Shown here one piece after another: positions 52,978-64,000 of a DNA stretch of 64,000 bases (position 1 is the first letter of the stretch; every line of letters starts with the position of its first letter). The stretch covers positions 112,592,001 through 112,656,000 of the forward strand of contig OX597821.1 in NCBI GenBank assembly GCA_951406725.2, in the 5' to 3' direction. Both the position numbers and the translations under genes were made by a program. The notes under the pieces were generated by a model. It saw only the letters and a program-made list of their open reading frames with translations, had not been told where the DNA came from and did no database searches. The DNA comes from Octopus vulgaris. Its lineage: Eukaryota.

Positions 52978-53479
52978 CGGGGAGAAGAATGAGATAGGAA
53001 AGACAGCTTCTCCTTGAATACCATAAATTCGGACATGCGTGTTAAGATCTAAGTGCCATTGTGTTGATTTACTTAAATATAAATTTGGATTTGGTAGAGA
53101 AAGTCCCCTTATATCGTTATATATTTACGCATGGTTACATATTCTGAAAATGTTAAGATGACAGTCACGTGGTTTAGGAAATGTCACATATCAGGGGCCA
53201 AAGAAATATACGTTGCAGTTCATCCAGAAAGATATGCGCATGTGCAGGCCCATCCGCTTAGCCCTGAAGTTTACCTCACAATCAGTCACGTGGTTTCGTG
53301 TTTGGGTTTCATTTTTCGAATTTCTAACGGAAGATTAGATGGTGGTGACGGTCGTGGAGATGGTGATGATGGTGGTTCCTTGGTTAGAAACGAAATTCAT
53401 TGAAATTTAATATACATCACTGACCAAGAACTACATGTATGTATGTATATATGCATATGTGTATGTAACTATGAACAGG

Positions 53480-53511
<32 letters not shown>

Positions 53512-53560
53512 TGTGTATATAGTGTGTGTGTGTGTGTGTGTGTGTTGTGTGTATGTGTGC

Positions 53561-53600
<40 letters not shown>

Positions 53601-53891
53601 GTATATATATATATTTGTATAAATATATATATATATATATATGTGCATATGTATGTATGCATACAAGTATGGTTATTTACATCATATTTATGCATCATTC
53701 ACACACACGCATACACACACATATGCATATACATATATGTGAGTATGTATGTGCGCGTGTGTATATGTGTGTGTGTGTGTATGAGCGTATGACCGTATCT
53801 GTGCATATAAGCATGCGTATATATATATATATATATATATTAGTTGAGATTTACAGAAAAATACACGCACACACACACACACACACATATA

Positions 53892-53962
<71 letters not shown>

Positions 53963-54029
53963 GTATGTATCTATGTATGTATATATGTATGTATATTCAT
54001 ACGCATACATGGCTGCAGAAATATGTTAT

Positions 54030-54089
<60 letters not shown>

Positions 54090-54398
54090 CTATATATATA
54101 CATGCGTGTGTATGTATGTATGTATTGTTGCATCTGAAGTGAAATGCTAATGGCGGACAGACATAGGACTGTCAGCACAGCGGCCATGAATCATATTCGC
54201 TGGATGAGTTTCGTTGTCTATCTGAGTGCAACATTAAAATGTATTCGCCTCAATCCACGAAGGTGTTCGGAATGGATATTGGTCTTTCCATTTAGCTCTC
54301 TATGGAGCCTGGAATTATGTACTTACTTTAGCTATCCCTATGAAACAACACTCATAAACACATGTGCTTATGTTTATGTGTGTGTATGTATGTATGTC

Positions 54399-54430
<32 letters not shown>

Positions 54431-54480
54431 AATGCATGTATATATACATATATATTTGTATATATATATGTATATATATA

Positions 54481-54523
<43 letters not shown>

Positions 54524-56269
54524 ATAACATATCTCTCTCTCTATATATATATGCATATGTGTGTGTGTATGTATATATGTATATAACATATATGTATATA
54601 TATTTATATATATATGCATATATATTTGTATATATATATATTTGTGTGTGTATGTGTATGTGTGTGTGTGTGTGTGTATTTATGTACACGCAAACATACA
54701 TACATACTTACCAATACACATACATAAATATGTACATTGATGGGAATGCCTAGATATTGATATGGGTGAAAATGGCCAGCAGAACAAAGAAATTGTAAAG
54801 GTTACAATAGAAACACAAAGTTATCAAGTAGTAAAGATGGAAAGTGAGAAAATTAATGGTAGGAGTCCAGCGTAGCTTATAGTTCGAGAGAGTCCTATTC
54901 CAATAATTTGGGTTTAAAATTATCAATTAATTTTTAAATTCTTAAATGAGGTGCTACTCCAGCATGGCCACATGACTGAAACAAGTAAAAGATAATAAAA
55001 CAGAATGATATGGGACTTTTGGCATAGTAGCCCTGTTGTCTATTTCCGGGTGAATTTCGGATTTCGGATTCCGGATTCTCGTGAATTACATTTGTTTTGC
55101 CTTTCGTAGTTGATCATTTTCTTTTATTTTGGAAAAAGAAAATAAACAATTCAAAGTAGGCAATTTTGAGGGGAGGGGCAAGTTCATTCTCGTATTTGAC
55201 TGGTGATTTGTTTTCTCGAGCCCGAAGGGACGAAAGGCAAGGTTGACGGAGAGACTGTGCGTGGGTGAAAATCAACTGGCTGGTCTCTTCTGGGGGACTT
55301 TGGAACCAGGTCCCATGGATAAATTCTAGAATGTCATGGCTTGGCAATACTACCAGAATGGAGATTGGACATTGTCCGGTCGAGGTAAACTCTATAGGTT
55401 CGATTCCATAATATACAGTCATATATTCAACCGAGCCTGCCCGAGTAATATCGAACAGCTGCTGTTACGTGGCGGTCGAATATGGCTATCAGCTAAGTTC
55501 ATCGTGAATATCGTCCTATCGCTTTTCTTTGTTCGTGATGGTTAAGCAGTGTTTATCTATCTGCTGATCCCAGCGAAAGAGGTTGTATAGTGAACCAGAT
55601 TGAAATGTCTGAAGACTGACATTTTCCTCTTTGGCCAAACCCTCGTCAACTTTTTCAAGATTCACTTGCAAAAGAAAACTTGGGTTAAAGATGGAAGCGC
55701 TGCCTTCAAGAAAATTTGTTGGAAGGTGTCTGACGGTACCGAATAAGGTCTGAATAACGGGCCACCTCTGAGCATGTGCTTTTAGATTGAAGAGGAACAA
55801 CAAGAAGAAGGTTCTTGCTTTAGTGGACAGGGTAACTGTTTTTATACGAATTTTCACACATAACCCTCGGAAGTTACCCTCATTTGAAGAATTGCTCATT
55901 GTTAAAATTTACTGATTCTGTTCTTCTTTCTATTCGCTCCTTTATTTCATTCCACGCTGTATCGTTCCCAAAATTTTCGTGAACACTTAGTGGTTGATTA
56001 ATAAAAATCTAATATTATGAAAAAAAAAAAAAATTCCTTGATATCTGCTGTATTTACACATTATTCACAGACACCCGAGGTAGATAACAAATATGATGTT
56101 CTTATGACATTTGATGATTGTATCTATGATAGCGAAAACTGAGAGAACAGAAGAAAAAATATCTTCTGAAGAGAAGACAATTATAAAAGGTGTGTATTTA
56201 AGTGCTCAGTAAAGAATTCTTCAGATCTATGAAATTTACGATGATTTACTTAAAATCTGCCAATTAGGG

Positions 56270-56660
56270 TTATTATTTGACATTTCTCTCAAGCATGGTT
56301 TGCCTGGTATCTTGTCTATGAATTTTTCTGTCTCTTTCTTTATTACTTCGAGTGTCTCTTTGGTACCAAGCATGGCAGTGGTTTTCATGATTCCACATTC
56401 TAATAATCTCCATACGCATAATTTTTGTATTTCTCTGTTTTATTGCGTTCTTTGACTGCGACGTTGTTGTCCGTGGGGACAACCATATCAATTAGGAAAC
56501 AAGTTTTATCTCTCGGATTTGCCTTGATGGTTTTATCGCTTTGAATTTTAAAGTCCTAGAGAATGGTGAAATGGCCAACCTCAGTGACTGGTTGGGGAAA
56601 GCGGTCAGATTAGTTTTGAGTCGTATCTTTCTCATAATGCTTATAGATTTTCCAACAAAT
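56270..56660 (-). pseudogene. Heavily degraded R4/Dong-like RLE fragment
   Basis: ..RDKTCFLIDMVVPTDNNV..RMEIIRMWN..IPGKPCLREMS in broken frames, homologous to 56891-57390. Confidence 0.6.
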
Positions 56661-56737
56661 ATATATACTGTCCTATTTGCTTGTGTCTATTATCATTATC
56701 ATTATCCTCCTTCTCGATATCATTATTATTATTATTA

Positions 56738-56789
<52 letters not shown>

Positions 56790-56796
<7 letters not shown>

Positions 56797-57390
56797 TAGT
56801 TTTATTTTTATAGCGTGCTTTCACTTCACTACCGAGCGCAGCTCTGTGTGCCTTGGGTATGTGCTGTGATTTGTTGTGATGCTCTGATGGTTATTGTATG
56901 GAAAGTGTTCTGCGTAGGATGTGTGCAGTGCCTAGTAGTGCAATTTTCTGTATGTTATATGTGTTTGTAAGTCCTGGTGTTTTTGTTATGTATTTGTCTG
57001 AATATTTTTTTATCATGCCTAATGCACCTACTATGATAGGAATTGTTTCTGTTTTCAGGTTCCACATTCTAGTTACCTCTATTTCCAGGTCTTTGTATTT
57101 TGAGAGTTTCTCCATTTCTTTTAGAGACACGTTGTCATCTGCCGGTATTGATACATCAATTAGAAAGCATTTTTTTTCTTCATGATCTCTGACAACTATA
57201 TCTGGTCTGTTGGCCTTAATTTCTCTATTTGTGTGTATCGGCATATCCCAGAGTATGGTTGCTTTCTCGTTTTCTGTGACCTTTTCTGGTGTGTGCCTAT
57301 ACCATCTTTTTTCTGTTGTTATTCCATAATGTTGGCATAGCTTCCAATGTATGTAGGTTCCAACTCTGTCATGTCTGTGAATATATTCCT
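56790..57390 (-). mobile_element. R4/Dong-like LINE 3' end with open restriction-like endonuclease domain and UTR
   Basis: KEYIHRHDRVGTYIHWKLC..ILWDMPIHTNREIKANRPDIVVRDHEEKKCFLIDVSIP..KEMEKLSKYKDL..PIIVGALG..IQKIALLGTAHILRRTLSIQ* (RHD and PD..D..KY motifs); UTR ends ..aactactgaataataat. Confidence 0.92.
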
Positions 57391-57391
57391 T

Positions 57392-57462
<71 letters not shown>

Positions 57463-57471
57463 TATTATTAA

Positions 57472-57522
<51 letters not shown>

Positions 57523-57579
57523 CATCATCAATGTTATTATTATTATTATTATTAATGTTATTATTATTATTATTATTAA

Positions 57580-57630
<51 letters not shown>

Positions 57631-57631
<1 letters not shown>

Positions 57632-57900
57632 GAGTGAGAAAGCAGTGCATGCCATCAAAATGGCACTGGGGTAAAATATATGAAGCCCAATACACCCATC
57701 ATGACTAACTGTCTGATAAGGGTACACTGGACGCATGCATCACAACCATATGTGCGTGACATGGTGATCTCATATCAAGATAAACAGCGCATGACCTTGC
57801 AGGTGGGGCCCAATTAGAATTTTCTTCAAGTCGAGTAGCCCATCCCACTCAAAAGGACCCTAAATAAGGGTTGTTTAAGGATGTTGGACCAGACACCCAT
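57631..57900 (-). mobile_element. Element X, 3' half
   Basis: Reverse complement of atgggtg..caacatccttaaacaaccc..ctttctcactc, followed by (AAT)n. Confidence 0.85.
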
Positions 57901-57935
57901 GCGTGTATATGGGTGGAAATGAGTTGCTTGACGAG

Positions 57936-58592
57936 TGCTTCTAACGTTGGCGATGTACTACAGTGTCAGCTGTTCAGTACCAGTGAATTAAGGCAATACC
58001 CCTTATTTTTCGAGCACCATCCGGAGTATTCAAACGGTTCTAAGCAGTTCTGGTTTCTGCAAGTGCTTCACCTTTATTGCAGCCCTTGTTTGTTCCATGT
58101 ACTTCTCGAGAGTTTTACTCACTGTTCCCAGGGCTCCGACAATTATTGGTACTACTACCACCTTTTTCAGTAACCACAACTGTTTAACTTCGCAAGCTAA
58201 CCTATCATCTCAATCGACTCTTCTTTCTTCCTTATCGCATACCTTCTTGTCAGCTGGGCATACTATATCTATACTGCAGCATCGTTTGCTTTCTTTCTCA
58301 ACACTATGTCTGGTTTCCTATTCTCTATCTCATGGTTGCATTGAATCATAAAATCCCATAGGACCTTTGCATCATCATTTTCGATGATGCCTTCAGGTTT
58401 ATGTTCGTACCACTTTTTTGCTCTGTCAAGTCCATACTTGTTGCAAAGTGTCCAATGGACAATCCTTGCTATATTGTCATGAGGTCTCTGATATTCTTTC
58501 TGGGTTAATGACGTACATTGACTGGTAATATGCCATACGGTTTCACCATTTTGTCCACAAATTCTGCACTTATCACTTTCTGATGTGTCGTC
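57936..58592 (-). mobile_element. R4/Dong-like RLE LINE 3' portion (family of 34857 and 36768)
   Basis: DKCRICGQNGETVWHITSQCTSLTQKEYQRPHDNIARIVHWTLC..VLWDFMIQCNHEIENRKPDIV (CCHC finger and RLE); UTR matches 35050-35118. Confidence 0.88.
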
Positions 58593-58603
58593 TATTATTA
58601 TGA

Positions 58604-58649
<46 letters not shown>

Positions 58650-58652
<3 letters not shown>

Positions 58653-58963
58653 TCTTTTACACTTTATTCTTTTACTTGTTTCAGTCATTTGAATGCGGCC
58701 ATCCTGGAGCACTGCCTTTAGTCGAGCAAGTCGACCCCAGGACTTATTCTTCGTAAGCCTTATACTTATTTCATCGGTCTCTTTTGCCGAACCGCCAAGC
58801 TACGTGGACGTAAACACACCAGCGTCGGTTGTCAAGCGATGTTGCGGGGGGGGGGATAAACACAGAGACATACAAACACACACACATATAGACACTTGCC
58901 CAATGTGCTACACAGTGGGACTGAACCCGGAACCATGTGGCTGGTAAGCAAGCTACTCCTACG
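58650..58963 (-). mobile_element. SINE B with internal deletion
   Basis: Reverse complement of the family B head and tail. Confidence 0.8.
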
Positions 58964-58984
58964 CTATAATAATAATTATTATTA

Positions 58985-59275
58985 TTATTATTCGGTAGTC
59001 TTATTTTTATCACGTGATTTCATTGCACTACCGAATGCAGTTCTGAGTGCTCCAGGCATGAACTGTTTCGGTGCTGTTATTTTCACTCTATTGGAAGTGC
59101 CTAGCGTTGGATGTGTGCGATGCCTTGTGGTACTATTTTCTGTATGTTTTATATATTCGTAAGTCTTGCTATTTTAGCTATAAATTTATCTGAAAGTTTT
59201 TTTAATCATATCTAATGCACCTATTGTTATAAGGATTGCTTCTATTTTTTTTCAGGCGCCACATTCAAATTATTT
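58985..59275 (-). mobile_element. Degraded R4/Dong-like 3' end (family of 56790-57390)
   Basis: ..IGALDMIKKTFR..KIVPQGIAHIQR; UTR ..cggtagtgcaatgaaatcacg..aagactaccgaataat. Another UTR remnant lies at ~59915-59985. Confidence 0.65.
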
Positions 59276-59315
59276 CTTTATTATTATTATTTTATTATTA
59301 TTATTATTATTATTA

Positions 59316-59361
<46 letters not shown>

Positions 59362-59362
<1 letters not shown>

Positions 59363-59669
59363 GTTGAACGAATGACCCATGTCTCCAGAGGTGAATTATT
59401 CAGACCCCAAAGAATTCCTCTCAACACATGGTTATGATGCTCCCCCACTACTTCTGCTCCTGATCAGAGATGCACATACCGTCAGCCACTAACGGACATG
59501 CTCAACTGGTTAACGTCAAGCAAATGGCAAGCAAATCTGTGGTATTGAGCAGAATATTTGCTGTGGCCCATCTTTTATACGAAGACAAAACAATGTACAT
59601 GATAACACTTCCAATCAGTTAAGATGAGAAGCCACGAGAGCCACTGCCTGTTACTGCATCAGGGCATTT
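59362..59669 (-). mobile_element. Element X, 5' half
   Basis: Minus strand begins aaatgccctgatgcagtaacaggcagtggctctc after (TAA)n, the same start as 48579. Confidence 0.85.
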
Positions 59670-59732
59670 ATTATTATTACTATTATTATTATTATTATCA
59701 TTATTATTATCATTATTATTATTATTATCATT

Positions 59733-59870
<138 letters not shown>

Positions 59871-60455
59871 GTTGTTGTTGTTGTTGTTGTTGTTATTATT
59901 ATTATTATTATTATTATTCAGTAGTCATATTTTCATTGCGTGAAAAATACCGAGACAGCTCTGTGTGTCTTGGCTACATGCAGCGTTATGTTTTGGTTTT
60001 CATGGTTCTTTTGTATTTATATTTCCCTACTCTCTCCCTCCCCCTGTCTCTCTCTCTCTGTCTCTCTGTCTCTCTATCTGTCTCTATGTCTCCCTCACTC
60101 TGTCTCTCACACTCTCTTTCGCTGTCTTTCTTCTCTTCTATTTTGTTTTCCCCATTTTCCCCATTTTGTCTAAGTTTCTTTTCTCCTTTGTTTTGTTTTA
60201 TTTCGTTTATTCTTCTTTCCTTTTGTTTCGTTTTCTTTCGTTTCTTTTCACATCGCCAACCGCTATGTTTTCATCTTCTGTTAGTTATATTGAGGGCAAG
60301 TCAACCAAACAATACGAAATCATTTTTTCATCAGCCGTTGGGTATGTCAGAACGAGGCATTAACAGTTTTGTTAAGCAGTGTTACGCACACACACACACA
60401 CACACACACATATAAGCATTTACGTGCAAAGGCATACATACATATACATACATAC

Positions 60456-60498
<43 letters not shown>

Positions 60499-60746
60499 CC
60501 TGTCTATATACGTACGTATGTATGTATGTATGTATGTATGTATGTATGTATGTATGTATGTATGTATGTATGTATACACTATTGTTCATTTATATATGCA
60601 AATATAAAATATATAGCAATATGTATATATACCAAAGTGTATATGCTGATAATTTTTGCGTATGTCATTCAGTACAACCCCCTCAAGTTATCTATGTATA
60701 AAATCATTTACACAAATACACAAACATGCTTGCTAGTGTGTGTATG

Positions 60747-60823
<77 letters not shown>

Positions 60824-61325
60824 ATGCTACAAACATAAAAGTATTCATGCGTATATACTTATATATACTCACACAAATACTTTCATGTGCGTAGTATGTA
60901 TACATATATACACATGCATGTATGTATATATATGTATACAGGCATATCTGCATGCGTGTCTCTATGGTTAGATAGACGGATGAACAGATATACTCGGAGG
61001 CTAAGACTTACAAAAGTGCTGTGGTTCTTCTTATATATAATGTTCAGCTTTCTGGCTTTTTATTTTTTCTCTCTCCGTCCGCCATTACAAAAACATTTTC
61101 TCTAATGAAATTTCTGTGAAGCCTACACTTGACAGCGACTTTTAAAGTAAGCACTATTTTTGCTATTGTCTCCAAACTCTGTAGCTAAAGCAGCAGCAGC
61201 AGCAATAAGAACAACAAGAATAACAACAGCAGCAATAGTAGCAACAGCAGCAGCGGCAGCAGCAACAGCATTTTCATGATGGACATCAATCCCGGTTTCA
61301 TCCCCATCGTCTCCATTATCATCAT

Positions 61326-61383
<58 letters not shown>

Positions 61384-61720
61384 GTCGTCGTCATCGTCGT
61401 CGTCGTCGTCGTCATCTTAACATTTGCATCGACATCGTCACCAACACTACCACTATCACGACCGCTTCCACTGACAGCCACCGCCACCGTCGCCGCCGCC
61501 AGCCCCACCCCCACCACCAACAACAACAATATTGCAACCACTACCACTGCAGTATTTTCCTCCTCCCCTTACCCCCCTCCTCCTCCACCTCATCATCATC
61601 ATCAACCTTATCTTCAAAATCATCTCGTCGTCGTCTTCGTCATCTTTATTGTAGTCCGCTTCATCTTATTTTTATTCTTCCTCATCCAAACAATTAATAA
61701 TAATAATAATAATAATAAAA

Positions 61721-61768
<48 letters not shown>

Positions 61769-62183
61769 TATCATTATTATTATTATTATAAAACGTTCAC
61801 CCACCTCTTCCACCGCCTTCTCCTCCTCCACCTCATTTCATCACCACCGGGAACAATAACACCAATACCACCTCCACCATCATCGTCACCATCACAACCA
61901 CCACCACCACCAAAACCACCATCACCACCACCACCACCACCACCACCATAATCGTCACTACCACCACCGCCATCACCACCACCACCACCACCACCACCAC
62001 CACCACCACCATAATCGTCACTACCACCACCGCCATCACCACCACCACCACAACCACCACCACCAGCCGCATAAGAATCATAACCATTGCCGTCATCTTC
62101 AGAATGTGTTATGAGAAGCATTTATCGCCATCGCAACGCTTTCATCATCACCGTCATCACCATCTTTGTCATCACCATCTTTG

Positions 62184-62226
<43 letters not shown>

Positions 62227-62591
62227 TATCAACAACAACATTATCCTCATCCACATCTTCATTATCGCTATACTTCTCTTGCTCCTCCTCCTCCTCCTCC
62301 TCACCCTCCTTTTCTTTCTAGTTCTCTTCCTCTTCCTTCTCTTCCTCCATATCATCATCATCATCATCATCGTCAACTTCATCGTCACTCACATCTACCA
62401 GGCATTTAGCCACAGCGGCAGTTGTCAAAGCAACTGGTTGCTCTGACGGTGGTGGTGGCGGCGGCGGCACAAGTGGTGAAAAAGAAATATGGCGCTGACA
62501 GCTTTTGGCGCTGATGAAGATTTTTGCCGCTGACAGTTAAAAGCTGTACTGAGTGATTGCTCTGGCATCATTATAAACGAAAAAGAGAAAC

Positions 62592-62641
<50 letters not shown>

Positions 62642-62935
62642 CATACACGCACATATTCATACATACACATACATATATTCGTACACTCATACATACACAC
62701 ACACACATACATACATACATACACATACATACATACATATACATACATACATACATACATACATACATACATACATACATACATACATACATACACACAT
62801 ACATACACACATACATACATACCTACTGACGTACATACATACATACATACATACATACATACATACATACATACATACATACATACATACATACATACAT
62901 GCATACATACATACATACATATATAGAAACATACA

Positions 62936-63290
62936 TACTGGGGTATGTAACACACTGCCTAAATACCATTCTTGAGAAATTAGGCCTCTCAAAACCAGAA
63001 AGGAGAATGCTAATTCGAAGACTACAGATCCAATCCATCACTGGAACTGTAAAAATCTGTGAAACTTTCCAGAAGTTTATCATTTAGATATATATGAACA
63101 TGTCTAGATATGCAACTATATGCGTGAGAATACATACTTAAAACAAACCATACAAATCTGCGCATACATACATACTAACAAAAATACCTTGTTGTTGATG
63201 TTGAAATTCCAATGAAAGACCCTTGGATCTAGGTTAGAAACCGGTTCTTTTTCTATTTGCAAGAAGTCTTGAAATAAAACTAAATAATGA
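62936..63290 (+). mobile_element. RLE LINE 3' end inserted in (TACA)n
   Basis: LGYVTHCLNTILEKLGLSKPERRMLIRRLQIQSITGTVKICETFQKFII* plus UTR ending aataatgacatacatac. Confidence 0.8.
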
Positions 63291-63299
63291 CATACATAC

Positions 63300-63770
63300 A
63301 TACATACCCTGCTGTTGATGTTGAAATTTCAATGAAGGCGCCTTGGATCTAGGTTAGAAACGACAGATATAATGATTTGGGATAGAGAAGAGAAACTGTG
63401 CACAGTTGTGGAAACCAGTTAACATACGGCTGAAGATCAATAAAAAAGGACACTTATGCTGATCTATTGAGAAATCTGCAGATACTCTATTCAGATTTCA
63501 AGTTGAGGTTTATACCAGTAAATTATTGGGGCAATGGGATATGTAACACACTGCCTAAATACCAATCTTGAGAAATTAGGCTTCTCAAAACCAGAAAGGA
63601 GAATGCTTATTCGAAGACTACAGATCCAATCCATTATTTGAACTGTAAAAATCTGTAAAACTTTGCACAAGTTTATCATTTAGATATATATGAACATGTC
63701 TAGATATGCAATTATATGCATGAGAAGACATACATAAAGCAAAACATACAAATCTGTGCATATACAAACA
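63300..63770 (+). mobile_element. Second, longer copy of the (TACA)n RLE LINE 3' end, preceded by a UTR fragment
   Basis: DIMIWDREEKLCTVVE..YADLLRNLQILY..FIPV..IGAMGYVTHCLNTNLEKLGFSKPERRMLIRRLQIQS; DNA closely matches 62936-63170. Confidence 0.8.
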
Positions 63771-63798
63771 TACATACATACATACATACATACATACA

Positions 63799-63832
<34 letters not shown>

Positions 63833-64000
63833 CATACATACATACATACATACATACATACATGCATGCATGCATGCATACATACATGCTTACATACATA
63901 CATATAAACATACATACATACATACATGCATACATATATACATACATACATACATACATACATACATACATACATGCATGCATGCATGCATGCATACATA

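Noticed and set aside
56891-57736. 281-aa ORF as one protein
   Set aside because: Chance in-frame fusion of element X, (AAT)n/(AAG)n and a truncated LINE; only 57390-56891 is coding-derived.

Overview
Eukaryotic, AT-rich, microsatellite-saturated animal DNA. The SINE repertoire and repeat landscape resemble an octopus (coleoid cephalopod) genome; this is inference from pattern recognition, not from a search. I find no supportable host protein-coding gene, so the window looks intronic or intergenic, and nearly all ORF-track entries are translations of simple repeats. The main feature is a young, 5'-truncated Penelope-like retroelement (Naiad-type; RT plus C-terminal GIY-YIG; open 450-codon ORF, 3822-2470 on the minus strand). 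It has inverted pseudo-LTRs, each carrying a minimal hammerhead ribozyme, and sits in a (TA)n tract. Two further minimal hammerheads lie in short non-coding modules (17.8-18.0 kb and 24.3-24.4 kb). Those two and the right-hand pLTR copy lie about 95-110 nt upstream of a (TA)n junction. Other content: R4/Dong-like RLE LINE 3' ends in (TAA)n, a separate RLE family found only in (TACA)n, a ~550-bp non-coding (TAA)n-associated element with a defined 5' end, RTE and CR1-group LINE remnants, five tRNA-derived SINE families, a non-autonomous Helitron, a hAT/Charlie MITE with TSD, and a Chapaev3-like transposase remnant. All boundaries were read by eye and are approximate.
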